Source: Thermoplasmata archaeon (GTDB taxonomy: Archaea > Thermoplasmatota > Thermoplasmata > UBA10834). Taken from it: a DNA stretch of 64,000 nt. Shown here piece after piece: positions 37,823 to 47,983 of this stretch. Both the position numbers and the translations under genes were made by a program. Within the stretch, counting starts at the first letter, position 1. Each line of letters begins with the position of its first letter. The notes below the pieces were generated by a model. It did no database searches. It worked only from the letters and a program-made list of their open reading frames with translations, and was not told the origin of the DNA. The stretch is from contig JBFESP010000006.1 of NCBI GenBank assembly GCA_041548485.1, positions 19,895 through 83,894 of the forward strand, written 5' to 3'.

Positions 37823-39739
37823 GTGGCAGCCGTCAGACTGGGCAAGATGCACCTCCGCTGGTGTAATTCGTGCAACGTCCCGATTCTGGAGCAGGCCGCA
37901 TGCAGCAAATGCGGCGCCAGCACGAGAGAGGTCAAGATCACTCCGCCCGGGGACGCTCGGCCTGCCTTCGATCACGACATCCGGAGGATCCGAACGCTCA
38001 TAGACACGCAGTTCGGGCCTGGATGCGGGGAGGTCGCCGTACCGACCGGACGGCTGGTGCTCCTGAACAAAGCTCCTGACCTGGACCGCATGGATGAGGT
38101 AGTGCTGGATGGAATGGTCATCGGGGCTGTCAGGTTCGACATCGCGCGAGGGGAGAAATTCCTACCTCGAGGCGTCACTGCGTCGAGGATGGAGAAGATC
38201 ATCTCCCGGGGGTGGGTACGTGTCGACGGAGGAGCCCTGGAATCGATCCGGGAGAGGAGGGCGAGCGCCCTCGCGGTCGGAGTATCCGATGCCGCAGAAG
38301 GGATCGAACGCGGAGACGATATCATCGTGCTCGACCCTGACGGAAAGGCTGTCTCGGTCGGAGTGGCAAAGATGTCCACCGCGGAGATCAGGACGGCCGA
38401 GAGGGGCACCGCAGTCAAGACACGGTGGGTTGCAGACGACTCTGTAGCTGGCACATCGGACAATGGGACCTCGTCGTGGGACGACGCTGTCCTCGCGAAT
38501 AGGGCGATGATCGACCGGAGGGCGTCTGAGGCGGCGAGGTTCGTCAGAGATATTGCGAGGGAGGGCGACCTGCCCGTGGCGGTGTCCTTCAGCGGAGGGA
38601 AAGACAGTCTCGCGACTCTCCTGCTCGTAATGGAGGGGGGCATCACCCCGAAGATGATTTTCGTGGACACGGGCCTTGAGTTCGAGGAGACCCTGAACAA
38701 CGTGCGCGACACGGCAGCGAGGCATTCCCTGGAGCTGATAACGGAGAGCGCCGGCGACGGATTCTGGAGAAACGTCGACTTGTTCGGACCACCAGCGAAG
38801 GATTTCAGATGGTGCTGCAAGACCTGCAAGCTCGGCCCCGCGACGAGGCTCATAGAGAAACACTTTCCGGGCGGTGTGCTCTCGTTCATCGGTCAGAGGG
38901 CCTACGAGTCCCAGACCAGAGCACGGAAGGGCAGGGTCTGGAGGAACCCGTGGACCCCGAACCAGCTGGGAGCCTCACCCATACAGAAGTGGACGGCGTT
39001 GCACGTATGGCTCTACCTGTTCGATAGGAAGGAGCCATCCAACCCGCTGTACGAGAGGGGGTTCGAGAGGATCGGGTGCTACCTGTGCCCCTCCGCGGAC
39101 CTCGCGGAGTTGAAGCATGCGAGGGAGCTCAACGGAGAGTACCGCCGTTGGCAGGAGTATCTCATCCATTACTCACAGAAGCACGACATGCCGGAGGAAT
39201 GGCTCTCCAAGGACCTGTGGAGATGGAGAAAGGTCCCGCGGTCCGTCCTCGACGCTCTGGGTCTGAATGCCGCGCGCTGCGGTGTGTCGCACGACCGCTC
39301 GATTGGCAACGCCCCGATAGGGTTCCAGAGCACCGAAGGTTACAGCCCTTGCGTCGATGGGATGAGCATGGAGGGCGTCTTCAGCCGGGAGCTCGACATG
39401 GACCGTGTCTCGAACCTCCTGAACGTGCTGGGAGAGGTGACGGTCTCACCGGACGGCAGGATAGCCGAGGTGGACCGGATGACAGTCTTCGCCGAAGGGC
39501 CTGTAATGGTCAAGGCGCACGACGAGGAGGGGTTGAGGACCAAGGCCTCCCGTCTGAAGGAAGTGGTCCTCAGGGCCATGGAATGTGCGGGGTGCGGGAT
39601 CTGCGTCTCGAGGTGTCCCGAAAGTGCCCTGAGACTGGATGGACGTGTCAGGATAGATGAAGAGAGATGCTCCCACTGCGGGCAGTGCCTAGGCCCTTGC
39701 CCGGTCGTTCAGTTTAGAGAGGATCAGCTGGACATATGA
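37823..39739 (+). CDS. Zinc-ribbon/PUA-domain protein fused to PAPS-reductase-like PP-loop domain and C-terminal 2x[4Fe-4S] ferredoxin domain
   Basis: N-terminal CxxC...CxxC, PUA-like middle region, PP-loop SFSGGKDS with PAPS-reductase family core (FIGQRAYES, CYLC), and C-terminal CAGCGICVSRCP...CSHCGQCLGPCP. Confidence 0.7.
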   Translation: MAAVRLGKMHLRWCNSCNVPILEQAACSKCGASTREVKITPPGDARPAFDHDIRRIRTLIDTQFGPGCGEVAVPTGRLVLLNKAPDLDRMDEVVLDGMVIGAVRFDIARGEKFLPRGVTASRMEKIISRGWVRVDGGALESIRERRASALAVGVSDAAEGIERGDDIIVLDPDGKAVSVGVAKMSTAEIRTAERGTAVKTRWVADDSVAGTSDNGTSSWDDAVLANRAMIDRRASEAARFVRDIAREGDLPVAVSFSGGKDSLATLLLVMEGGITPKMIFVDTGLEFEETLNNVRDTAARHSLELITESAGDGFWRNVDLFGPPAKDFRWCCKTCKLGPATRLIEKHFPGGVLSFIGQRAYESQTRARKGRVWRNPWTPNQLGASPIQKWTALHVWLYLFDRKEPSNPLYERGFERIGCYLCPSADLAELKHARELNGEYRRWQEYLIHYSQKHDMPEEWLSKDLWRWRKVPRSVLDALGLNAARCGVSHDRSIGNAPIGFQSTEGYSPCVDGMSMEGVFSRELDMDRVSNLLNVLGEVTVSPDGRIAEVDRMTVFAEGPVMVKAHDEEGLRTKASRLKEVVLRAMECAGCGICVSRCPESALRLDGRVRIDEERCSHCGQCLGPCPVVQFREDQLDI

Positions 39740-40614
39740 TCCATCAGCGCCTCGATTGCCGCGGAGACATCTGAGACCCGAGCCCCCCACGGGACTATGG
39801 CGATGTTCCCATCGATCTCGAAACCGTCTTTCACCTTACAGCACTTCGTCAGGACGGGACCGTCCACCTTGACCTTCTGCAGGAGGTCAACGGGACACAT
39901 GTTGACAAGACGCGCCTCGGAGCCATAGACCGCTTTGAACACCCTCGCGGACAGGCTGCACCCGACGACGGCAACCTCTTCTATCTGCTCGGGGGACAGA
40001 CCAGGAGGGTCGTCCATGTAGCCGATCTTCCCCCTGTGGTCCAAACCGGATGCTCTGCACGGGAAGAGCACCGAACGGGCTCCAGACAGCCCTTCGAGGC
40101 TGTTGAGGTCCTCCTCGATGACGTCGTATCGCACATAGCGGTTCTGCAGGATGGAACGCAAGGCCTCATCGACCAATCCGACCAGCTTCGTCGGGCCCGG
40201 CGGGACGACATCGAAAATCGTCAGGCTGAACGGCTCCTGGTCTACGAAGAAAGAGACATGCTCAGACTTCCCACGGACGATGACACACCGTGTTCCGACG
40301 GACTCACGGATGCGTCCCATCTCCGACGCCGAGAGCACATCAAGGGACGGCTCGTCGACGAACGACGTCTCGCCCGGAAGGGACACGATGTTCACAGATG
40401 ACACCGGCAGAAGGACACTGTTGGTCGTGTCCTTCCCGATTTCCGCAACGGCCCAGGTGTCTCCGCGGTTCAGAACAACGTATCGTGTCCTGATGTAGGC
40501 CCTTCTTCCCATCAGATGCAACCTGATCTGCTCTTCGGTGAGCTCGAACTTGACCGAGTGGACGCTGACCTCTTTGCAGTGGTTCGGGAACATGGTCTGT
40601 CGCGTGATGTACAT
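39724..40614 (-). CDS. Conserved hypothetical protein
   Basis: 296 aa, no recognisable motif. Its 3' end overlaps the preceding plus-strand gene convergently by 16 nt. Confidence 0.45.
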   Translation of the reverse strand: MYITRQTMFPNHCKEVSVHSVKFELTEEQIRLHLMGRRAYIRTRYVVLNRGDTWAVAEIGKDTTNSVLLPVSSVNIVSLPGETSFVDEPSLDVLSASEMGRIRESVGTRCVIVRGKSEHVSFFVDQEPFSLTIFDVVPPGPTKLVGLVDEALRSILQNRYVRYDVIEEDLNSLEGLSGARSVLFPCRASGLDHRGKIGYMDDPPGLSPEQIEEVAVVGCSLSARVFKAVYGSEARLVNMCPVDLLQKVKVDGPVLTKCCKVKDGFEIDGNIAIVPWGARVSDVSAAIEALMDHMSS

Positions 40615-40664
40615 GGTTAATTAGTAGATAGAACCAACGCTGAGAAAAGGATAAAGGGGAGGGG

Positions 40665-41273
40665 ATGCAATCATGCGACTCCGGAGATGGCTCCTTGAAG
40701 AACCCAGATGAGTTCCCCACCATAACGACCGAGAGGCTCGTCCTCAGAGAGATCACAGAAGCCGATCTCGAATGGTACTTCAGACACTTCTCCCTGCCGG
40801 AGATCGTCGACAACACGGAATTCCTCGCCCCGAAGGACATGGCGGCCGCAAGAGAGGAGCTCGAATCGTACATTACGAAGCCGTTCAGAGAGAGCACGGG
40901 AATACGCTGGGGCATCACCTTGAAAGGCAGTGACGAGTTGATCGGAAGCTGCGGGTTCTACAAGTGGGAGCACGACCCGCACCGCCGAATCGAGATAGGA
41001 TATGACCTCCATCCTTCCCATTGGGGCAAGGGCATCATGAAGGAGGCGATGAACACCATCATCGACTACGGCTTCGAGAATATGGAGCTGAACAGGATTA
41101 TCCTGTTGGCATTCTCATTCAATGAAAGGTCTACTGCCTTGGCACGGAGCCTGGGATTCGTCAGAGAGGGTGTCCTCAGGGAGAACACCGTCTTCAGGAA
41201 CGAGTTCCTCGATGACGAGTACTTCGCCATGTTGAGGAGCGATTGGGAGAAGCTGCGAGGCCGTGAGGAATGA
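40665..41273 (+). CDS. GNAT family N-acetyltransferase (RimJ/RimL-like)
   Basis: Acetyl-CoA binding motif (HPSHWGKGIMKEAMNTIIDYGF) and length typical of RimJ/L-type GNATs. Confidence 0.8.
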   Translation: MQSCDSGDGSLKNPDEFPTITTERLVLREITEADLEWYFRHFSLPEIVDNTEFLAPKDMAAAREELESYITKPFRESTGIRWGITLKGSDELIGSCGFYKWEHDPHRRIEIGYDLHPSHWGKGIMKEAMNTIIDYGFENMELNRIILLAFSFNERSTALARSLGFVREGVLRENTVFRNEFLDDEYFAMLRSDWEKLRGREE

Positions 41274-41422
41274 GCGACGCTCTTCGACTTCATCCCTGAT
41301 GACCTCGGACCGGAACTGCTGTCGAGACTTTGTCCGGATTCAGGCATTCGGAAGTGGGTCGCGTCGCGTAGCATACAACAAGGTTCTTATCCTATACCCA
41401 TGATAACCCGAAGGTCGTACGG

Positions 41423-42493
41423 ATGAAGGGCTACCTTGTCCTTGAAGATGGGACTGTGATGGAAGGGAGGCCTTTCGGTTTTTCCAAGGACGTCACCGGA
41501 GAGGTGGTGTTCTCCACTGGCATGACGGGGTATCAGGAGTCGTTAACAGACCCGTCATACTGCGGACAGGTCCTCGTATCCTCGTATCCCATGATCGGCA
41601 ACTACGGCATCGACCCCGAGAACAACCAGTCGGGGCGCGTGCAGGTCCGAGGCTACGTGATAAGCGAGCTATGTGACGTTCCCAGTCACAGATTCTCTGG
41701 CATGACACTGGACGAATTCCTGAAACGGGACGAGGTTCCCGGCATTTCGAGAATCGACACCAGGGCACTCATCAGAAAGCTACGGCTGAAAGGAACCATG
41801 AGAGGGGCGATCACGACGGCGGATCCCAAGGCGGCTCTCGAACAAGTCCGTGGAATGCGGAATCCCGATGAGGAGAACCTTGTCGCCAGGGTGAGCGCTC
41901 CAGAAGCGGTCGTCTGCGAATCGGGAAAGGGGAGGCGCGTCGTGGTGATCGACTGCGGAGCCAAGGAGAGCATACTGAGAGAGCTCCGAGCGAGGTTCGA
42001 TGTGGTCCAGGTCCCTTTCGACGCTCCAGCTGACAGCATACGCGCTATGGACCCGGACGGCGTCTTCATCACGAACGGTCCTGGGAACCCGGCACAGGAG
42101 GAGATGCTGGAGACGACCGTGGGGACGTTGAGGGAGCTGAAGGAAGAGGTTCCGATGATGGGGATATGCCTCGGGAACCAGCTACTCGCGCTGGCTCTGG
42201 GAGCGAAGACCTACAAGCTCAAGTTCGGACACAGAGGAATCAACCAACCTGTCGGGAAGGACGGCAGGGTGTACATCACATCGCAGAACCACGGATTTGC
42301 CGTTGACGGGGCTTCTGCGGAGGATGTCGGCATGGAGGTCACTTTCGTCAACCTCAATGACGGGACCGTCGAGGGCATGCGGCACTCGGACCTGCCGATC
42401 TTCTCAGTCCAGTTCCATCCAGAAGCGCGCCCCGGACCCCTCGACACGCGCTTCCTGTTCGATGAGTTCGCCGATATGATGGAGGGGGTCTGA
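41423..42493 (+). CDS. carA: Carbamoyl-phosphate synthase small (glutaminase) subunit
   Basis: CPSase small-chain N-terminal domain plus class I GATase with catalytic Cys (GICLGNQ) and His. Confidence 0.95.
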   Translation: MKGYLVLEDGTVMEGRPFGFSKDVTGEVVFSTGMTGYQESLTDPSYCGQVLVSSYPMIGNYGIDPENNQSGRVQVRGYVISELCDVPSHRFSGMTLDEFLKRDEVPGISRIDTRALIRKLRLKGTMRGAITTADPKAALEQVRGMRNPDEENLVARVSAPEAVVCESGKGRRVVVIDCGAKESILRELRARFDVVQVPFDAPADSIRAMDPDGVFITNGPGNPAQEEMLETTVGTLRELKEEVPMMGICLGNQLLALALGAKTYKLKFGHRGINQPVGKDGRVYITSQNHGFAVDGASAEDVGMEVTFVNLNDGTVEGMRHSDLPIFSVQFHPEARPGPLDTRFLFDEFADMMEGV

Positions 42494-45400
42494 TGCCGAA
42501 GAGGAGGGATCTCCGCAAGATCATGGTGATCGGCTCGGGGCCAATAGTGATCGGACAGGCGGCGGAGTTCGATTTCTCCGGGACGCAGGCGTGCAAGTCA
42601 TTGAAGGAAGAGGGGTACGACACAGTGCTGGTGAACTCCAACCCGGCCACAATCCAGACGGACCCAGAGACTGCAGACGCCGTATACATCGAGCCGTTGG
42701 ACTGCGGCACTCTGACTAAGATAATCGAGAAGGAAGGGGTGGACGGCATACTCGCGGGGATGGGCGGGCAGACGGCACTCAACCTGTGCTCAGAGTTATC
42801 GGAGAACGGTGTGCTGGACCGATTAGGAGTCGAGATGCTCGGAACCAAGACCAGGGCGATCGCACTGTCAGAAGACAGGGAGCTGTTCAGGAGTGCCATG
42901 ATCACGCTCGACGAGCCGATTCCAAGGAGTAGGACCGTCAAGTCAATCGACGAGGCCAGGCGGGCAATCGAAGAAATCGGTGGTTATCCCGTCCTAGTAC
43001 GTCCCGCATACACCCTCGGAGGTACGGGTGGCGGGATAGCCAATGACGAAGAGGAGCTCACCCACATCGTCGGGAGAGGGCTGATATACTCCAGGATCAG
43101 ACAGGTGTTGATCGAGGAGAGCGTCATCGGATGGAAGGAGTACGAGTACGAGGTCATGCGGGACGCGAAGGACAACACGATAATCGTGTGCAACATGGAG
43201 AACCTCGACCCGATGGGCATACACACGGGGGAGAGCATAGTCGTCGCCCCCGCACAGACTCTCAGCGACTCCGATCATCAGTTGCTTAGGTCTGCCGCCC
43301 TCAAGATAATCAGGGCGCTGGAGATCGAAGGGGGAGCGAACATACAGTTCGCTGTGAACCACGACACGGGGGATTACAGAATCATCGAAGTGAACCCAAG
43401 GGTTTCACGCAGCTCCGCCCTGGCTTCGAAGGCTACTGGGTACCCGATCGCCCGCGTGGCGGCGAAGATAGCAGTCGGGATGACGCTGGATGAGATACCC
43501 AACGCCATAACGAAGAGAACCTGTGCGGCGTTCGAACCATCGATAGACTACATCGTTGTGAAGATACCCAGGTGGCCGTTCGACAAGTTCAGGACCGTTG
43601 ACCCCACGCTCGGAACCCAGATGAAGAGCACGGGGGAAGTGATGGCCATCGGCCGCAACTTCGAGGAGGCGCTCCTCAAGGCGACCCGTTCGCTTGAGAT
43701 CGACAAGGTCGGCCTCGAAGGAGGCAATTGGAGCGACGAGGGACTCGATCGCCTTCTCAGAACGGCCACGGATGACCGCCTGTTCGCCATCTCCGAGGCG
43801 CTCCGCCGCGGTATGACGGTCGACGACGTTTGCGGGCTCACTGGATGGGACAAGTTCTTCGTCTCGAAGCTTAAGGGACTCACCGAGATCGAGAACCGAC
43901 TGAAGCACTTCGAAGGAGCAGAGACCCTCGAATCAGCCAAGAACGCTGGCTTCGGAGACGAGTACATAGCCCGCATTTCCGGGAGGGACCCGGAGGACAT
44001 CAGGAAGGCAAGGGAACATTCCGGCATCGGGCCAACATACAAGATGGTCGACACTTGTGCCGCCGAGTTCGAGGCTGAGACGCCGTACTTCTACTCCACC
44101 TACGAGCTAGAGTGCGAGGTCCGACCATCGGACAATAGGAAGATAGTGATAGTCGGCGGGGGTCCGATCAGGATCGGACAGGGGATCGAGTTCGACTACT
44201 GCTGCGTCCACGCATCGCTCGCCCTCAAGGAGGAGGGGGTGGACGCAATCATCATCAACAACAACCCGGAGACGGTCTCGACCGATTTCGACGTCTCGAC
44301 CCGACTCTACTTCGAGCCTATCACCGCGGAGGATGTGCTGAATGTCGTCGAACGCGAGGACGCCGATGGGATCATGCTACAGTTCGGGGGGCAGACCGCA
44401 ATCAACCTGGCCATGAGCCTCCAACGGTCCCTCCAAGGGCGCAAGACGGTCATCCTCGGGACCTCCCCGGATGCGATCGACCTTGCTGAGGACCGGAAGA
44501 GGTTCTCGAGCCTGATGGATTCCCTGGAGATACCGCAGCCGAAATCGGGCACGGGGTTCTCCTTCGAAGAGGTCAGGAACCTCGCCCAGGACATCGGCTA
44601 TCCCGTCCTGATAAGGCCGAGCTATGTGCTCGGCGGCAGGGCCATGGAGATCGTCTACAACGAGGCCGAACTCGAGATGTACATGCGTAGCGCGGCCAAG
44701 GTCTCCAAGCACCATCCAATCCTCGTCGACAAATACCTCACAAGCGCGATAGAGATTGATGTCGACGCGGTATGTGACGGAAGCGAGGTCTACATAGGAG
44801 GCATACTCGAGCATATAGAGGAGGCAGGAGTCCACTCCGGAGACGCCACGATGGTGCTCCCGCCCCAGACCCTGTCCCAGGATGTCCTGGATAGGGTGAG
44901 GGAGATAACCCGCAAGGTCGCCTTCGCGTTAGACACGAAGGGGCTGATGAACCTTCAGCTCGCCTACAAGAACGGGACGGTCTACATGCTAGAGGCGAAC
45001 CCCAGAGCCTCAAGGACGGTCCCGATAATCTCGAAGGCCACAGGAGTCCCGCTCGCAAAGGTGGCCACGAAGATCATGCTCGGCAGAACCCTTGAGCAGC
45101 AAGGACTTGTTGGAGAGGCCAAGATGGAGCACATCGCTGTCAAGGCTTCAGTGTTTCCTTTCCTGAAACTCCCAGGGGTCGACAGCATCCTCGGCCCAGA
45201 GATGAAATCCACAGGGGAGGTGATGGGCATCGACAGGTCCTATCCGGCAGCGGTATGGAAGGCGCTGATCGCATCCGGCCAGAAACTGCCGAAGAGCGGA
45301 AACGTATACATCAGCGTGGCCGAGGAGGACAAGGGGGAACAGGTCGTCGACATCGCTGGGAGGTTGAGCGAGCTAGGGTTCGGCCTCTTCGCCACAAAAG

Positions 45401-45699
45401 GAACCGCGTCATTCCTGCGCTCCGCTGGTCTGGAAGTCACGACGGTTTACATGATCTCCGAGAAGACTTCGCCCGACGCGTTGTCATTGATGAGAGGCGG
45501 TTCTGTCCAGATGATAGTCAACACCCCCACAGAGTCGTCCGGCGCAAGAAGGGACGGTTTCATGATGCGAAGACTGGCGGTGGAGCTGGAGATACCGATG
45601 CTCACGACCCTCAACGGAGCCAGTGCGGCCGTGCTCGCGATGGGGCATGCGATGACCAGGGAGATGTCCGTGAACGACCTGGCCTCGTTCAACTCGTGA
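42493..45699 (+). CDS. carB: Carbamoyl-phosphate synthase large subunit
   Basis: 1068 aa. Duplicated ATP-grasp halves, oligomerisation domain and MGS-like C-terminus. Start overlaps the carA stop. Confidence 0.95.
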   Translation: MPKRRDLRKIMVIGSGPIVIGQAAEFDFSGTQACKSLKEEGYDTVLVNSNPATIQTDPETADAVYIEPLDCGTLTKIIEKEGVDGILAGMGGQTALNLCSELSENGVLDRLGVEMLGTKTRAIALSEDRELFRSAMITLDEPIPRSRTVKSIDEARRAIEEIGGYPVLVRPAYTLGGTGGGIANDEEELTHIVGRGLIYSRIRQVLIEESVIGWKEYEYEVMRDAKDNTIIVCNMENLDPMGIHTGESIVVAPAQTLSDSDHQLLRSAALKIIRALEIEGGANIQFAVNHDTGDYRIIEVNPRVSRSSALASKATGYPIARVAAKIAVGMTLDEIPNAITKRTCAAFEPSIDYIVVKIPRWPFDKFRTVDPTLGTQMKSTGEVMAIGRNFEEALLKATRSLEIDKVGLEGGNWSDEGLDRLLRTATDDRLFAISEALRRGMTVDDVCGLTGWDKFFVSKLKGLTEIENRLKHFEGAETLESAKNAGFGDEYIARISGRDPEDIRKAREHSGIGPTYKMVDTCAAEFEAETPYFYSTYELECEVRPSDNRKIVIVGGGPIRIGQGIEFDYCCVHASLALKEEGVDAIIINNNPETVSTDFDVSTRLYFEPITAEDVLNVVEREDADGIMLQFGGQTAINLAMSLQRSLQGRKTVILGTSPDAIDLAEDRKRFSSLMDSLEIPQPKSGTGFSFEEVRNLAQDIGYPVLIRPSYVLGGRAMEIVYNEAELEMYMRSAAKVSKHHPILVDKYLTSAIEIDVDAVCDGSEVYIGGILEHIEEAGVHSGDATMVLPPQTLSQDVLDRVREITRKVAFALDTKGLMNLQLAYKNGTVYMLEANPRASRTVPIISKATGVPLAKVATKIMLGRTLEQQGLVGEAKMEHIAVKASVFPFLKLPGVDSILGPEMKSTGEVMGIDRSYPAAVWKALIASGQKLPKSGNVYISVAEEDKGEQVVDIAGRLSELGFGLFATKGTASFLRSAGLEVTTVYMISEKTSPDALSLMRGGSVQMIVNTPTESSGARRDGFMMRRLAVELEIPMLTTLNGASAAVLAMGHAMTREMSVNDLASFNS

Positions 45700-45716
45700 A
45701 TGTGGGCGAGGAGGTT

Positions 45717-46505
45717 TCATTCGTCCTTATCCAGAGTCTTGAGCGCCAGTTCGGCACCCTTGCGTCCCGAGAGAAACATGGAGCCGAAAGTCGGCCCCAT
45801 CCTGGGCAATCCGTACGTGGCCGACACGGACATGCCAATCACTATCAATCCTGGGTGCACGAAGCCGGTCTTCTCCACCACGGCGTCTTCGCTGGCCTCG
45901 ATCCACATAGCACCGCATCCCGGGATCTTGAGCAGGCCCCTCTCCGCAAGCTTCCTCACGACGGAGGCGTCGTGTCCCGTTCCGTCGATGACAACCTTCG
46001 ACTCAAGGGAGATGGGATCGACGCATGCGACAGGCTTGGGCAGATAATTCACGGGGGTCCAGTTCACCACCACCCCCGCAACCCTGTTCTGCTCCCTGAG
46101 AACGATGTCGTCGAACGCAACCATGTTGAGGACCTTGGCGCCGGCTTCGCACGCAGCTGTGATGAGCTTGGAGCATGCCAGGGGCCCAGGGGTGGTGTAG
46201 AGTCCATCCTCGTACTCCTTGCACCTGACCCCCAGCTCGTCCAGTATCTCGTTGGCCGGGGCTCTGACCGTGACGGTATTCATCAGGAAGCCACCCATCC
46301 AGAACCCACCGCCGAGGTAGTTGTTCTTCTCCACGATCACGACATCGACGCCTTTGCTTGCCAGATCATAGGCAGCGACGAGGCCGCTCGGGCCTCCGCC
46401 GACGATGATCACGTCGGAATCGATTGCCTCTTCCATGTCCTTGTTGAACTCGGACAAGATGGCCCGGGTCACGGAGCTCTCAGATGATTTCTCAAAGATA
46501 GGCAT
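45717..46505 (-). CDS. thi4: Thiamine thiazole synthase (Thi4 family)
   Basis: FAD/NAD-binding GGGPSG and Thi4-specific core. 262 aa. Confidence 0.9.
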   Translation of the reverse strand: MPIFEKSSESSVTRAILSEFNKDMEEAIDSDVIIVGGGPSGLVAAYDLASKGVDVVIVEKNNYLGGGFWMGGFLMNTVTVRAPANEILDELGVRCKEYEDGLYTTPGPLACSKLITAACEAGAKVLNMVAFDDIVLREQNRVAGVVVNWTPVNYLPKPVACVDPISLESKVVIDGTGHDASVVRKLAERGLLKIPGCGAMWIEASEDAVVEKTGFVHPGLIVIGMSVSATYGLPRMGPTFGSMFLSGRKGAELALKTLDKDE

Positions 46506-46723
46506 AGTATTACACCGGATTGCGCTGACGGCATACCTGGTACCCGAATATAACGATTGTCATTTCAATCCCCTCGGGTCAATCTGCCGAGGGGGCACGT
46601 ACGGGACAACGATAAAGGCGCTCAGGGCGATATTGAACACACGGAGCGGACAGATGCTTCCGCACGGATGCCCCGCAGGCGAGACCATCTGGTTCCGCTC
46701 CTCCACGCGGAACCGGGATGGGC

Positions 46724-47344
46724 CTAACTCGGGCTGTTGGCTGCGGCTTTCATGCGCTCATACTTCTCCTTGTACAGCTTCGCGCACACACTGCAGCAGA
46801 GGTAATGCGTCCGGCCGTCAAGCTTGATCTTCACACCCTCATCCCTCATCTGATGATCACAGTAGTAGCATTTGATGAGCAAGCTCGTCTCATCCTTGAC
46901 GGATGCCCGGGGGCTCTCCTTCGGGGTTCTGAGGACCATCGAGTTGTCCATCTTGGTTATCTCTGGTATGCTGCCGAGAGAGTGCATGAAGCTCTGGTAC
47001 TTCTTCTGGTCGTAGAAGGACAGGATGCACAGTATCCTGGAGTCCGATAGGACGTGTATCTGCCTGACAATGTCCTCGGTGCAGATCCTGTTCACCACTC
47101 GGTCTATGTCGGAAGGCCTCGCCTCCAAAATCGTGGCGACTGAGACCTGCCCCAAGAGGTCAGCGTCGAGCAGGACGGAATATCCCTTTATCAGGCCGAC
47201 GTCAGTCATGTTCTGGACGCGGGAGCTGACGGTGGGAGTGCTCACCTTCACCTTTGAGGATATCTCCCTGAACGAGGACCGCCCGTTCTCCTGAAGTTGC
47301 CTCAGTATCCTCCTATCGACGTCATCTAGAGTCATCATCTTCAC
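46724..47344 (-). CDS. Lrp/AsnC-family transcriptional regulator fused to C-terminal TRASH metal-binding domain
   Basis: N-terminal HTH_AsnC (LDDVDRRILRQLQENGRSSFREIS) with a RAM-like middle region. C-terminal TRASH motif CYYCDHQ...THYLCCSVC. Confidence 0.75.
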   Translation of the reverse strand: MKMMTLDDVDRRILRQLQENGRSSFREISSKVKVSTPTVSSRVQNMTDVGLIKGYSVLLDADLLGQVSVATILEARPSDIDRVVNRICTEDIVRQIHVLSDSRILCILSFYDQKKYQSFMHSLGSIPEITKMDNSMVLRTPKESPRASVKDETSLLIKCYYCDHQMRDEGVKIKLDGRTHYLCCSVCAKLYKEKYERMKAAANSPS

Positions 47345-47593
47345 CTAACCCTTGGCGCTCACAAGGGATATTCTTTTCGATTGACAGGTACGGGGGGTCT
47401 TCGAGATAACAGTTGAAAACATGTGAACTGAACGCCTCTCCAGACGTTGCGGGCTCATGGCGCGGCCGCCGATCTCTCGCGGTCGGCACAATAATGGTGA
47501 GCAGGAACCGGATGTGTTCATACCCCGTCGGCTCTGAGTACTCTCAAGCACAATGCGACAACTTAATTACGCCCGCAGCACTTCTGCGGAGCC

Positions 47594-47875
47594 ATGGCAT
47601 CCAAGGTGAACGCGGCTCACATACTGGTGAAGGACGAAGCGAAGGCGAAAGACATACTGGCCATGATGAAGAGCGGCAAGGACTTCGGCCAGCTTGCCGG
47701 GACTTACTCGGAATGCCCATCAGGCAAGAACGGTGGGAGCCTCGGTTGGTTCGGAAGAGGGCAGATGGTGAAGGAATTCGAGGACGCTGCGTTCAACGCG
47801 AACAAGGGGGATACCGTCGGCCCCGTCAAGACTCAGTTCGGGTGGCACCTGATCAAGATAACGGACGTCGAGTGA
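47594..47875 (+). CDS. Parvulin-type peptidyl-prolyl cis-trans isomerase
   Basis: 93 aa. PpiC/rotamase motifs (AAHILVK, SECPSGKNGGSLGWF, GWHLIKI). Confidence 0.85.
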   Translation: MASKVNAAHILVKDEAKAKDILAMMKSGKDFGQLAGTYSECPSGKNGGSLGWFGRGQMVKEFEDAAFNANKGDTVGPVKTQFGWHLIKITDVE

Positions 47876-47983
47876 TACCCGGCATGTCAGGCATCCAAAC
47901 GAGAGAGCACTGAAGGTCCACCGCCCTCCCTCCGACACCAGCCTTGGTGCCAACTGACGAGGCTAGGCAGTGAAACGAGGGCG

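Noticed and set aside
46506-46723. TPP riboswitch upstream of thi4
   Set aside because: Neither strand contains the near-invariant CUGAGA/UGAGA core or the ACCUGAUCUGGAUAAUGCCAGCG-like P4/P5 segment. Only generic GC-rich hairpins are present.
47576-47593. Hairpin CCGCAG-CACUU-CUGCGG immediately upstream of ppiC ATG as a regulatory element
   Set aside because: The TATA box at about 47560-47573 places the TSS at or after the hairpin, so the hairpin is probably promoter DNA and not part of the mRNA. Too speculative.
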